Position numbers and translations under genes: made by a program
Part shown: positions 37,518-45,771 of the stretch, piece by piece
Layout: each line of letters opens with the position of its first letter
Numbering within the stretch: the stretch's first letter is position 1
NCBI GenBank assembly: GCA_016297675.1
Contig: JAEDGE010000001.1
Location: 1-45,771 of the forward strand
Length of the DNA: 45,771 nt
Source: Oscillospiraceae bacterium
GTDB taxonomy: Bacteria; Bacillota; Clostridia; Oscillospirales; Ruminococcaceae
Direction: 5' to 3'
The notes under the pieces: generated by a model
Databases searched by the model: none
What the model saw: the letters and a program-made list of their open reading frames with translations, nothing else
What the model was told of the DNA's origin: nothing

Positions 37518-38156
37518 ATGCATCAAAAAATAGGACTGGAAAAACCAATGGAGATTGAAAAAAAAAGTTTTTCCATCATAGAGAGACATCTACAACATGT
37601 TTCATTACCGGAAGCAGAATATAGTATTTTAAAGAGAGTGATTCATACAACAGCTGATTTTGATTATGTGGAGAATCTTACCTTTTCAAAAGGTGCTGTT
37701 TCTATCGCACTGAGAGCCTTACAAAATGGAGCAGATATTGTAACAGATACAAATATGGCATATGCTGGAATTCATAAATCCGCATTGCAGACGTTAGGCG
37801 GAACGGTACATTGTTTTATGGCAGATGCTGATGTTGCAAAAGCAGCGAAAGAACGTGGTGTTACAAGAGCAATGGTTTCTATGGAAAAGGCATGTACGCT
37901 GCAAAAAGAGTTGATTTTTGCCATTGGCAATGCACCGACTGCTTTGATTCGGCTGACAGAATTGATAAAAGAACAAAAAATTCAGCCAAAATTGATTATT
38001 GGTGTACCAGTTGGATTTGTTAATGTGATAGAAGCAAAAAATATGATTTTAGAGGGCAGCACGCCATATATTGTTGCAAAAGGGAATAAGGGAGGAAGCA
38101 ATGTTGCAGCAGCCATTTGCAATGCGTTGCTTTATCAACTGATCACTCGAGATTAA
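37518..38156 (+). CDS. cbiC: Cobalt-precorrin-8 methylmutase (CbiC/CobH)
   Basis: Motifs EIEKKSF, RVIHTTADF, TDTNM, IGNAPTAL, GVPVGFV, KGGSNVAAA. Confidence 0.96.
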   Translation: MHQKIGLEKPMEIEKKSFSIIERHLQHVSLPEAEYSILKRVIHTTADFDYVENLTFSKGAVSIALRALQNGADIVTDTNMAYAGIHKSALQTLGGTVHCFMADADVAKAAKERGVTRAMVSMEKACTLQKELIFAIGNAPTALIRLTELIKEQKIQPKLIIGVPVGFVNVIEAKNMILEGSTPYIVAKGNKGGSNVAAAICNALLYQLITRD

Positions 38157-38178
38157 AAAATCAAAAGGAGTATGCTGA

Positions 38179-38694
38179 ATGATACACATTTATTGTGGAG
38201 ATGGAAAAGGAAAAACCACCGCTGCTGTTGGTTTGGCTGTTCGCTGTGCTGGTGCTGGTGGCACTGTGCTGTTCTATCAATTCATGAAGCCGGAAACCTC
38301 TAGCGAACGGATCGCTTTACAGCAAGTAAATAGAATAACAGTACTGTCAGGATATGCTATTCATAAATTTTCTTTTCAGATGCAGCCGCAGGAAAAAGAG
38401 GCAGCTGCAAAAGGGTATCAGGAACAGCTTTCTATTTTACTGGATATGGTCAGACATGGTGCATATACCATGTTAGTTTTAGATGAAATCATGTCTTGTA
38501 TTTCCGCTGGTTTTCTGACTATAGAAATGGTACTGCATTTTCTACGCGATTTGCCGAATGCATTGGAAGTAGTTCTAACTGGTAGAGATCCAGATGTACG
38601 TTTGCTGGAACAGGCAGATTATATTTCTGAAATTCAAAATAGAAGACATCCCTTTGAAAAGCAGATTACAGCCAGAAAAGGAATTGAATTTTAA
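38179..38694 (+). CDS. cobO: ATP:corrinoid adenosyltransferase (CobO/CobA/BtuR family)
   Basis: Motifs YCGDGKGKTTAAVG, QFMK, LDE, EVVLTGR, ADYISEI, HPF, RKGIEF. Confidence 0.94.
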   Translation: MIHIYCGDGKGKTTAAVGLAVRCAGAGGTVLFYQFMKPETSSERIALQQVNRITVLSGYAIHKFSFQMQPQEKEAAAKGYQEQLSILLDMVRHGAYTMLVLDEIMSCISAGFLTIEMVLHFLRDLPNALEVVLTGRDPDVRLLEQADYISEIQNRRHPFEKQITARKGIEF

Positions 38695-38704
38695 TGGAAA
38701 TTGC

Positions 38705-38733
38705 TTTACAATTGGAATCGGATATGATATAAT
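38705..38733 (+). promoter_or_regulatory. Candidate sigma-A promoter upstream of the cobC-hem genes
   Basis: TTTACA (38705-38710), 17 bp spacer, TGaTATAAT (-10 hexamer at 38728-38733). Confidence 0.7.
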
Positions 38734-38790
38734 AAAGATTACCTTTTATCGAAACGAAAAGAAGGATAATTTCTACAAGCATTCTATTTT

Positions 38791-38828
38791 GGGTGCCCAT
38801 TTTTCTTTGAATGGGTGTTTTTATTTTT
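38791..38828 (+). terminator. Terminator-like hairpin in the leader of the cobC-hem genes
   Basis: GGGTGCCCATT / AATGGGTGTTT (several G-U pairs) followed by TTATTTTT. Confidence 0.55.
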
Positions 38829-38850
38829 GATATAGAAAGAAGCAGAGATA

Positions 38851-39432
38851 ATGCAATTGCTTTTTCTTCGTCATAGCTTAACAAACGGCAACTTAGAACA
38901 TCGGTATATTGGCTGTCGAACAGATGAACCACTTTGCTCTGATGGCATTGCTTTGATTGATCGACAAGCTCCTATTTTACAAAGATATAAACCAGATTTA
39001 TTATTTGTAAGTCCGATGATACGATGTCGAGAAACGGCATCAAGAATATTTCCAAACCTTTTTCAAATAATTGTACCAGATTTCAGAGAATGTGATTTTG
39101 GGCAGTTTGAAGGAAAAAATTATCAGGAGCTTTCTGATCATCCTGCTTATCAAGCATGGATTGATAGTGGTGGGACACTGCCATTTCCAGAAGGGGAATC
39201 CAGAGAAGATTTTGTTGTTCGTACTTGTAAATCGATTTCTGCTATTGTACAGGAAAATACAGCAGATCGGATTGCAATTATTGCACATGGCGGTACAATG
39301 ATGTCTATTTTATCTGTATATGAAATACAAGGAAAAGATTATTTTGACTGGAATATCCCACATTGTACTCCTTTTTTCTGTGATGTTTTGAAAAAAAATC
39401 CGCTGCAATTGCAGTGGAAGGAGATGAAATAA
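38851..39432 (+). CDS. Histidine phosphatase family protein, probable alpha-ribazole/adenosylcobalamin-5'-phosphate phosphatase (CobC-like)
   Basis: Motifs LRHS, SPMIRCRETA, FRECDFGQFEG, PEGES, AHGG; cob cluster context. Confidence 0.82.
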   Translation: MQLLFLRHSLTNGNLEHRYIGCRTDEPLCSDGIALIDRQAPILQRYKPDLLFVSPMIRCRETASRIFPNLFQIIVPDFRECDFGQFEGKNYQELSDHPAYQAWIDSGGTLPFPEGESREDFVVRTCKSISAIVQENTADRIAIIAHGGTMMSILSVYEIQGKDYFDWNIPHCTPFFCDVLKKNPLQLQWKEMK

Positions 39433-39435
39433 CAA

Positions 39436-40647
39436 ATGTATTTGCAAATGGCAGGGTTGGATCATCATACGGCATCCACTGCACAGCGGGAAGCATTTTC
39501 TTTTTCAAAAGAAAAACAAAAAACGATTCTCAAAAGCTTAAAATCATCTGGAATTTGTGCTGTTTTACTGAGCACCTGCAACCGTACGGAGTTATATCTT
39601 TCTGGAATAGAACCTTGCCAGCCAATACCGTTGTTGATGCAATATGCGAATATATCGGGAATAGATGCAACTGTTTTTTATGAAAAGTTCGAACAGGAAG
39701 CAGCATTGCATTTAATAGAGGTGGCTTGTGGTCTGCACTCGCAGGTATTGCATGAAGAACAAATTGTGACACAAGTTAATCAGGCAATCTGTAATGCCAG
39801 AATGCTGCACACATCTAATGCTGTATTAGATACCTTATTTCGGATAGCTGTTTCTGCTGGGAAATATGCCTTGACGCATATTTCTGATAAGTCTGTACCA
39901 CTTTCGCTTTCTGAAAAGGCAGTACGTTGTGTAGAACAACAATATGGCAGTCTGGAATATGCGTCTTGCCTTGTCATTGGAAATGGAAAAATGGGACAGC
40001 TTGCTGCAGAGCAGCTATTACAGCGTGGCAGCAAGGTATATATTACACTGCGTTCCTGTCATAATGGAAACAGTGTGGTTCCGTTCGGTGCAATTCCGGT
40101 TCCATATGAATCACGTTTACAATATTTAGAAAAATCAGAAATTGTCATCAGTGCGACAAGAAGTCCGCACTATACGATTACAGCAGAACAACTGCAGGCA
40201 GTACAACACAAACCAAAATATTTAATCGATTTGGCATTGCCAAGGGACATTGCAGAAGATTGCAAGCAGGTAGAAGATGTTTGCTGTTGGAACTTGGATG
40301 ACTTTTCCGAACCAACAGAGCAAAAACTTGCATTGCAGTCTGCATTACAGGATGTTGCAGAAAAATATATAAATGACTTTCAAGCTTGGTGTCAGTATCG
40401 CAATGCCATCCCACATATTACAGAATTAAAAGAACTAATAACTGCCAATTTGATGCATAGTACTACCTTAGCCACAGCAAGAGAACAGAAAGATGTGGAT
40501 GCAGCTGTTCAAATAGCGGTACAGCGTACGGTTGAGCTGCTTTTAGGCGGTATGCGAGAGAATGTCACACCGGATTTGATTGCAGGATGCTGTAAGAAAA
40601 TCGAATCACATACCAGATTGCCAAAAAAGGCGGTGAAACAGTCATGA
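39436..40647 (+). CDS. hemA: Glutamyl-tRNA reductase
   Basis: Motifs GLDHHTA...REAFSF, LSTCNRTELY, VACGLHS, EEQIVTQV, VIGNGKMG, SATRSPH, IDLALPRDI. Confidence 0.94.
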   Translation: MYLQMAGLDHHTASTAQREAFSFSKEKQKTILKSLKSSGICAVLLSTCNRTELYLSGIEPCQPIPLLMQYANISGIDATVFYEKFEQEAALHLIEVACGLHSQVLHEEQIVTQVNQAICNARMLHTSNAVLDTLFRIAVSAGKYALTHISDKSVPLSLSEKAVRCVEQQYGSLEYASCLVIGNGKMGQLAAEQLLQRGSKVYITLRSCHNGNSVVPFGAIPVPYESRLQYLEKSEIVISATRSPHYTITAEQLQAVQHKPKYLIDLALPRDIAEDCKQVEDVCCWNLDDFSEPTEQKLALQSALQDVAEKYINDFQAWCQYRNAIPHITELKELITANLMHSTTLATAREQKDVDAAVQIAVQRTVELLLGGMRENVTPDLIAGCCKKIESHTRLPKKAVKQS

Positions 40648-41576
40648 AAGAAACCTGCATTCGGATCGGCAGTCGTGCCAGCCGGCTTGCAGTGTTGCAA
40701 AGCGAATGGATTATGCAGCAAATTCATTGCATTGCACCAGATGTTCGATTAGAGTTGGTAACGATGAAAACCACTGGTGATAAAATTTTACAAAAAACAT
40801 TGGATCAAATCGGTGGGAAGGGACTTTTTTTAAAAGAACTGGATGCCGCTTTGCTTGCTCATCAGGTAGATCTTTGTGTGCATAGTTTAAAAGATGTACC
40901 AATTGCAGAAAATCCACTTTTACCAATTGGAGCTTATTCCAAGAGGGCAGCACCCAATGATGTGTTGGTATTGCCAAAAGGCGTTTCACTTTCTGATTGG
41001 GATTCCAGTACTCCTATTGGCTCTGCTAGCAGTAGGAGAACACTACAATTTCAATTACGATATCCATCCTGTCAAGTTCGTCCAGTGCGTGGAAATGTAT
41101 TGACAAGATTGGAAAAACTCGACAACGGAGAATATAGTGCCTTGATTTTAGCAGAGGCTGGATTGGAACGGTTGCACTTATGTGACCGTATTTCTTATCG
41201 GTTTCTCCCGACAGAGATGGTGCCAGCGGCTGGGCAGGGTATTCTGGCGATTCAGGGAAGAGCTGGAGAATATGCAGATTTATTAGAAAAGTTGAATGAT
41301 AAAGCGGCTGCTCTTTGTGCAAAAACAGAACGTGCTCTTTCAAAGGCATTGAATGGAGACTGCACCGCTCCAATTGGTGCATATGCAGACTTACAGGGAA
41401 CAACAATACAGTTGTATGGATTTTATGCGGAAAGTGGAAAAACAGCAAAGGAACAGTGCTGTGGAAATCCTACACAAGCGATACAGTTGGCAGAACAACT
41501 GGCAGTAAAACTGAAGAAAAATGTGCAGAAAAAGGAAGCGATAGAATGGAACTCATCCAACGGCCACGTAGGCTGA
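40644..41576 (+). CDS. hemC: Hydroxymethylbilane synthase (porphobilinogen deaminase)
   Basis: Motifs IGSRASRLA, TTGD, GGKGLFLKEL, VHSLKDVP, RGNVLTRL, PAAGQG, GDCTAPIG. Confidence 0.96.
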   Translation: MKETCIRIGSRASRLAVLQSEWIMQQIHCIAPDVRLELVTMKTTGDKILQKTLDQIGGKGLFLKELDAALLAHQVDLCVHSLKDVPIAENPLLPIGAYSKRAAPNDVLVLPKGVSLSDWDSSTPIGSASSRRTLQFQLRYPSCQVRPVRGNVLTRLEKLDNGEYSALILAEAGLERLHLCDRISYRFLPTEMVPAAGQGILAIQGRAGEYADLLEKLNDKAAALCAKTERALSKALNGDCTAPIGAYADLQGTTIQLYGFYAESGKTAKEQCCGNPTQAIQLAEQLAVKLKKNVQKKEAIEWNSSNGHVG

Positions 41577-42529
41577 GAAGCAGTGCATTATTACGCAGTA
41601 TGGTACGGGAAACACGTATTTCTGCGGACACGTTAATTTATCCGATATTTGTGGTAGAAGGAACAAACCGTAAGGAAGAAATTGATACCATGCCGGGACA
41701 ATATCGCTGGAGTATTGACTGTTTGGGGGAAGTATTACAATCTGCTGTAGATGCTGGTGTACACAGTGTTTTGTTATTTGGAATTCCAGCAGAAAAAGAT
41801 GCAATCGGAAGCAGTGCATGGGCAGAAAACGGCATTGTGCAGCAGGCAATTCGCTATATCAAGCAGCATTTTCCGCAACTATATGTAATTACTGATGTTT
41901 GTATGTGTGAATATACCTCTCATGGACACTGTGGTATTCTTTGTGGGGAAACCGTTGACAATGATAAAACGCTGGAAGTACTGGCAAAAACAGCATTGTC
42001 TCATGTACAAGCAGGGGCAGATATGGTCGCACCATCTGATATGATGGATGGCAGAGTGGGGAAAATTCGGACAGTATTGGATGAACATGGTTTTTGTAAT
42101 GTTCCAATTATGGCGTATTCTGTAAAATATGCTTCTGCTTTTTACGGACCGTTTCGAGATGCTGCGGATTCTGCACCGACATTTGGTGATCGAAAAGGCT
42201 ATCAAATGGATCCACACAATGCCAGAGAAGCGATTCGAGAAGCGGAATTGGACATACAGGAAGGTGCAGATATTCTTATGGTAAAACCGGGATTGGCATA
42301 TCTGGATGTGCTGCACACATTGAAAGAACGTTTTTCCCAGCCAGTTGCATTGTATAGTGTTAGTGGAGAATATGCCATGATCAAAGCGGCTGGCATGGCA
42401 GGTTATGTGGATGAAGCAGCTTTAATTTGTGAATCTGCGGTTTGCATGTATCGGGCAGGGGCAGACTTGCTGATTACTTATTTTGCACGGGAACTGGCAC
42501 AATTCATACGGGAAGGGAGAATCGGATAA
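41546..42529 (+). CDS. hemB: Porphobilinogen synthase (ALA dehydratase, Zn-type)
   Basis: Motifs RPRRLR, DVCMCEYTSHGHCG, APSDMMDGR, KYASAFYGPFRDA, MVKP, VSGEY. Start at MELIQ (41546). Confidence 0.97.
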   Translation: MELIQRPRRLRSSALLRSMVRETRISADTLIYPIFVVEGTNRKEEIDTMPGQYRWSIDCLGEVLQSAVDAGVHSVLLFGIPAEKDAIGSSAWAENGIVQQAIRYIKQHFPQLYVITDVCMCEYTSHGHCGILCGETVDNDKTLEVLAKTALSHVQAGADMVAPSDMMDGRVGKIRTVLDEHGFCNVPIMAYSVKYASAFYGPFRDAADSAPTFGDRKGYQMDPHNAREAIREAELDIQEGADILMVKPGLAYLDVLHTLKERFSQPVALYSVSGEYAMIKAAGMAGYVDEAALICESAVCMYRAGADLLITYFARELAQFIREGRIG

Positions 42530-43827
42530 TGCAAACAAAAAAGTCGGATGCGTTATTTGAGAGAGCAAAAAAGAAAATGCCGGGTGGTGTCAATTCTCCG
42601 GTTCGGGCATTTCAATCTGTCAGCGGTTCGCCAAGATTTATTTGCCGTGCAAAAGGCAATCATCTCTATGATGTGGATGGCAACGAATATATAGATTATA
42701 TTGGTTCTTGGGGCCCTATGATATTGGGACATAATCCGGATTTTGTACTACAGGCAGTACAGGAACAAATGCAAAATGGATTAAGCTATGGTACTGCAAC
42801 GGCATTGGAAGTGGAAATGGCGGAACTGATTTCACAATTAGTTCCTTGTGTAGAAATGATTCGTATGGTAAATTCTGGAACAGAAGCTGTTATGAGTGCG
42901 GTTCGTGCGGCAAGAGGATTTACAAAGCGAAATAAAATCATTAAGTTTGCCGGTTGTTACCATGGGCATGCGGATGCTATGTTGGTGAAAGCGGGTTCTG
43001 GTGTGATGACTGCTGGCATTCCAGATTCCAGTGGTGTGCCAAATGGCTGTACAGCGGATACTCTCTCTGCTATTTATAATGATGTTGAGAGCGTAGAAAA
43101 ACTATTTCAGGAATATCCAAATGAAATTGCTTGTGTGATTGTAGAACCAGTGGCAGCAAATATGGGGGTTGTTCCTCCAAAGGAAAGCTTTTTGCAACAA
43201 CTGCGAATACTTTGTGACAAATATGGTGCTCTATTAATTTTTGACGAAGTTATTACAGGGTTTCGTTTACAAATAGATGGGGCGGTTGGTTATTATGATG
43301 TCACACCGGATTTGATTACCTATGGAAAAATTATTGGTGCTGGTATGCCGGTTGGAGCTTATGGTGGCAGAAAAGAGATTATGCAGCTGATTGCACCACT
43401 TGGTTCTGTTTATCAGGCAGGTACCCTTAGCGGTAATCCAGTTGCCATGCGTGCTGGTCTGACACAGCTGCGATATTTACAACAACATCCGGAAATTTAT
43501 ACACAAATAGAAACTCGTTCAGAACAATTAAGGAATGGCTTACAACAGCTCCTTACATTCTATCATCTGCCGTGTACAGTGACTGGTGTTGGCTCTCTTT
43601 CTTGTCTGTATTTCACTTCGGAACAAGTGACCAATTACGAAACTGCAAAAACTGCGAATACAGATTTGTTTCGGCAGTATTTTCATTTCATGCTGGAACG
43701 TGGAAACTATTTTGCTCCCAGTCAGTTTGAGGCGATTTTTCTTTCTGCTGCACATACAGAGGCAGATATCTTAAAAACCTTGTCTGATGCAGAATCGTTT
43801 TTTCAAACATTTTCTGATTGGATATAA
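42529..43827 (+). CDS. hemL: Glutamate-1-semialdehyde 2,1-aminomutase
   Basis: Motifs PGGVNSPVRAF, SWGPMILGH, NSGTEA, GCYHGH, FDEVITGFR, GKIIG, QAGTLSGNP, PSQFE. TAATG overlap with hemB. Confidence 0.97.
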   Translation: MQTKKSDALFERAKKKMPGGVNSPVRAFQSVSGSPRFICRAKGNHLYDVDGNEYIDYIGSWGPMILGHNPDFVLQAVQEQMQNGLSYGTATALEVEMAELISQLVPCVEMIRMVNSGTEAVMSAVRAARGFTKRNKIIKFAGCYHGHADAMLVKAGSGVMTAGIPDSSGVPNGCTADTLSAIYNDVESVEKLFQEYPNEIACVIVEPVAANMGVVPPKESFLQQLRILCDKYGALLIFDEVITGFRLQIDGAVGYYDVTPDLITYGKIIGAGMPVGAYGGRKEIMQLIAPLGSVYQAGTLSGNPVAMRAGLTQLRYLQQHPEIYTQIETRSEQLRNGLQQLLTFYHLPCTVTGVGSLSCLYFTSEQVTNYETAKTANTDLFRQYFHFMLERGNYFAPSQFEAIFLSAAHTEADILKTLSDAESFFQTFSDWI

Positions 43828-43923
43828 TTGTATATATGAATATTTTGATAACATGGTAATGTGAATATTACATAGCAAGAAGGTGGGGGACAAAAGAACC
43901 AATTAACAGAGGAGGAAAGGAAT

Positions 43924-45417
43924 ATGAAAAAAGGAAATGTCTATCTGGTAGGTGCAGGTTCCGGTGATCCGGCACTGCTAACAAAGAGAGGACAGCAATG
44001 CTTACAGACAGCAGATGTGGTTATTTATGATGCTTTGGCATCTGTCTCTGTTCTCAATATTGTTCGCCCGGATTGTAAACTTTGTTTTGCTGGAAAACGA
44101 GCTGGCAATCACAGCAAGTCACAGGATATGATAAACCAAATGCTGATTGATTATGCAAAGCAGGGAAAACAAGTGGTACGGTTAAAGGGGGGTGATCCAT
44201 TTGTGTTTGGGCGTGGTGGAGAAGAAGCACAGGCATTGGTAGAGGCAGGAATTTCCTTTGAGATTGTTCCTGGTGTCTCTGCTTGTTACAGCGTTCCAGC
44301 ATATGCTGGTATTCCAGTAACGCATCGGGATTATGCCTCTTCGTTTCACGTCATCACAGGACATACACAGTCAGATCCCAAGAATGAGCCGGACTATGCA
44401 GCATTGGCAAAATTGGACGGAACATTGGTTTTTCTGATGGGCTTGACAAATTTGCCGCATATTGCTGCCGCACTAATGCGAAACGGAAAAGCAGCTGATA
44501 CACCGATTGCTGTGATACAGAAGGGAACAACTGCACGGCAAAAGACAGTAACCGGAACGCTTTCCAATATTGCAGAAGCGGTTACACAACAATCTTTACA
44601 AGCTCCTGCTACAATTGTCATTGGAGAAGTTGTTTCTCTTCGGAATGAATTGCAGTGGTTTGAACGTGGAGCATTGTTTGGAAAAAAAATTCTCCTGACA
44701 GGAACACCGCCACACAGCCGTCATTTGGCAGAACACCTTCAGCAATATGGTGCAGAGACGATAGAAATCAGCCTGATTGACACTGTTCCGACAATAGACC
44801 ATGCACTCCAGTCTGTGGATTGGAGTATGTATACATGGATTGTATTTTCCAGTGCAAATAGCGTGCGCATATTTTTTGACAGCTTACAACAATATGATAT
44901 TGATTTGCGAATGTTGATGCATCTACGTTTTGCTGCGATTGGAAATGGAACGGCGTGTGAACTGGCAGCAAAGGGCATTTTTGTAGACTGTGTGCCTGAA
45001 CGTTTTGAAAGCCGTTATTTGGCAGAAGCATTGATTTCAAAATTGGAGCCGCATGATCGTGTCCTGTTAATTCGTTCTAAAAATGGTTCTTCTGTTTTAC
45101 CAGATATGCTGAAAGCTGCTGAAAAAAACGTAGATAGCATATTACTGTATGAAACAAAACCACTGCTACAAAAGAAGGAACTGTTACAAGCACAATTGTC
45201 AGATGTAGATTATCTTGTCTTTTCCAGTTCCTCAGCAGTACAAGCCTTCGTACAGATGTGGGAAAAGGATATGTCATATCGGACAAAAGCGATTTCAATC
45301 GGTGATGTTACCACAAAAACAGCAATAGAATTGGGTATTTCCATTGCTGCAACTGCACAGGAAGCAACTGCGGAAGGAATTTCGTCCTGCATTTTGCAGG
45401 ATGTGGAACAAAGCTGA
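43924..45417 (+). CDS. cobA: Fused uroporphyrinogen-III C-methyltransferase / uroporphyrinogen-III synthase (CobA/HemD)
   Basis: Motifs VYLVGAGSGDP, RLKGGDPFVFGRGGEE, AGIPVTHR; HemD part WIVFSSANSV, AAIG, FSSSSAV. Confidence 0.95.
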   Translation: MKKGNVYLVGAGSGDPALLTKRGQQCLQTADVVIYDALASVSVLNIVRPDCKLCFAGKRAGNHSKSQDMINQMLIDYAKQGKQVVRLKGGDPFVFGRGGEEAQALVEAGISFEIVPGVSACYSVPAYAGIPVTHRDYASSFHVITGHTQSDPKNEPDYAALAKLDGTLVFLMGLTNLPHIAAALMRNGKAADTPIAVIQKGTTARQKTVTGTLSNIAEAVTQQSLQAPATIVIGEVVSLRNELQWFERGALFGKKILLTGTPPHSRHLAEHLQQYGAETIEISLIDTVPTIDHALQSVDWSMYTWIVFSSANSVRIFFDSLQQYDIDLRMLMHLRFAAIGNGTACELAAKGIFVDCVPERFESRYLAEALISKLEPHDRVLLIRSKNGSSVLPDMLKAAEKNVDSILLYETKPLLQKKELLQAQLSDVDYLVFSSSSAVQAFVQMWEKDMSYRTKAISIGDVTTKTAIELGISIAATAQEATAEGISSCILQDVEQS

Positions 45418-45455
45418 GTATCTTCTCATAAAAAGCAGCCTACTGTATTTTTATT

Positions 45456-45489
45456 TGCCGTTGGTCAGATTTCCACCAGCGGCATTTTT
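45456..45489 (+). terminator. Intrinsic terminator-like hairpin after cobA/hemD
   Basis: TGCCGTTGGT / ACCAGCGGCA stem followed by TTTTT. Confidence 0.7.
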
Positions 45490-45532
45490 ATCAATGGGCC
45501 TATTTAATTTATCATAACAAAGGAGTGTTTCA

Positions 45533-45771
45533 ATGTATCCAGTTTTTTTAAACTTGCAGCATTTTCCTTGTATTATAGTGGGAGCCGGTAAAACAGCACA
45601 GAGAAGAATTTTTGCATTATTATCAGAAAAGGCAGTTGTTAAAGTAATTGCACCGGAAACAATCCCATTTGCATTAAAGGGACAGCCTTTGCAATATCTG
45701 CAAACTGCATACCAACCGGAATTGCTGCATGGTGGACGTTTGGTTTTTGCTGCAACGAATGATAAAGCGTT
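45533..45771 (+). CDS. sirC: Precorrin-2 dehydrogenase (SirC/CysG N-terminal-like), partial, running off the window end
   Basis: Not in the ORF track. After AAGGAG it translates MYPVFLNLQHFPCIIVGAGKTAQRRIFALL...VIAP...LVFAATNDKA, with a Rossmann GxG motif and the AATND motif. Confidence 0.85.
   Translation, partial: MYPVFLNLQHFPCIIVGAGKTAQRRIFALLSEKAVVKVIAPETIPFALKGQPLQYLQTAYQPELLHGGRLVFAATNDKA

Noticed and set aside
38694..38732. 12-codon ORF MEIALQLESDMI overlapping the cobO stop (TAATG)
   Set aside because: It coincides with the promoter boxes and has no independent support, so it is probably chance.
43859..43873. Imperfect palindrome ATGTGAATATTACAT upstream of cobA/hemD considered as a Rex or Fnr site
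   Set aside because: Spacing and half-sites do not fit either consensus, and the AT-rich context makes chance likely.
170..45392. Many short overlapping or antisense ORFs in the six-frame track (e.g. 4367-4795, 10500-10970, 27271-27723, 33366-33809)
   Set aside because: They are shadows of well-supported genes, with no recognisable motifs.
1..45771. Defence systems, prophage, integrase/transposase, tRNA/rRNA, CRISPR
   Set aside because: No such motifs were seen. The large ORFs are accounted for by other families and the intergenic gaps are short.

Overview
Chromosomal region of a low-GC Bacillota anaerobe, probably Ruminococcus/Oscillospiraceae (inferred from a dockerin-bearing protein and the gene content). 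In order: a degenerate, apparently truncated rhamnulokinase-like gene; rpe, a membrane protein, hprK, murB, rapZ, whiA and dnaE; a secreted dockerin/SH3b/C39-like/ricin protein; a first anaerobic cobalamin cluster (cbiA to cbiJ) headed by a methyltransferase-TetR fusion; a lysine-riboswitch-controlled asd-GNAT-dapA-dapB operon on the minus strand; queA; sdaAB-sdaAA; amtB and a P-II gene behind an ANTAR-type leader; and a second corrinoid/tetrapyrrole cluster (trmO, cobT, cbiC, cobO, cobC-like, hemA, hemC, hemB, hemL, cobA/hemD, partial sirC). I found no rRNA, tRNA, CRISPR array, prophage or transposase. Most genes are ordinary, and the unusual signal is regulatory. No cobalamin riboswitch is recognisable. 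One cluster instead has a consensus promoter, a palindromic operator and a translationally coupled MTase-TetR gene, and the hem genes have a structured leader with a terminator that I cannot assign to a known family. All assignments come from recognising motifs by eye; no database search was run.
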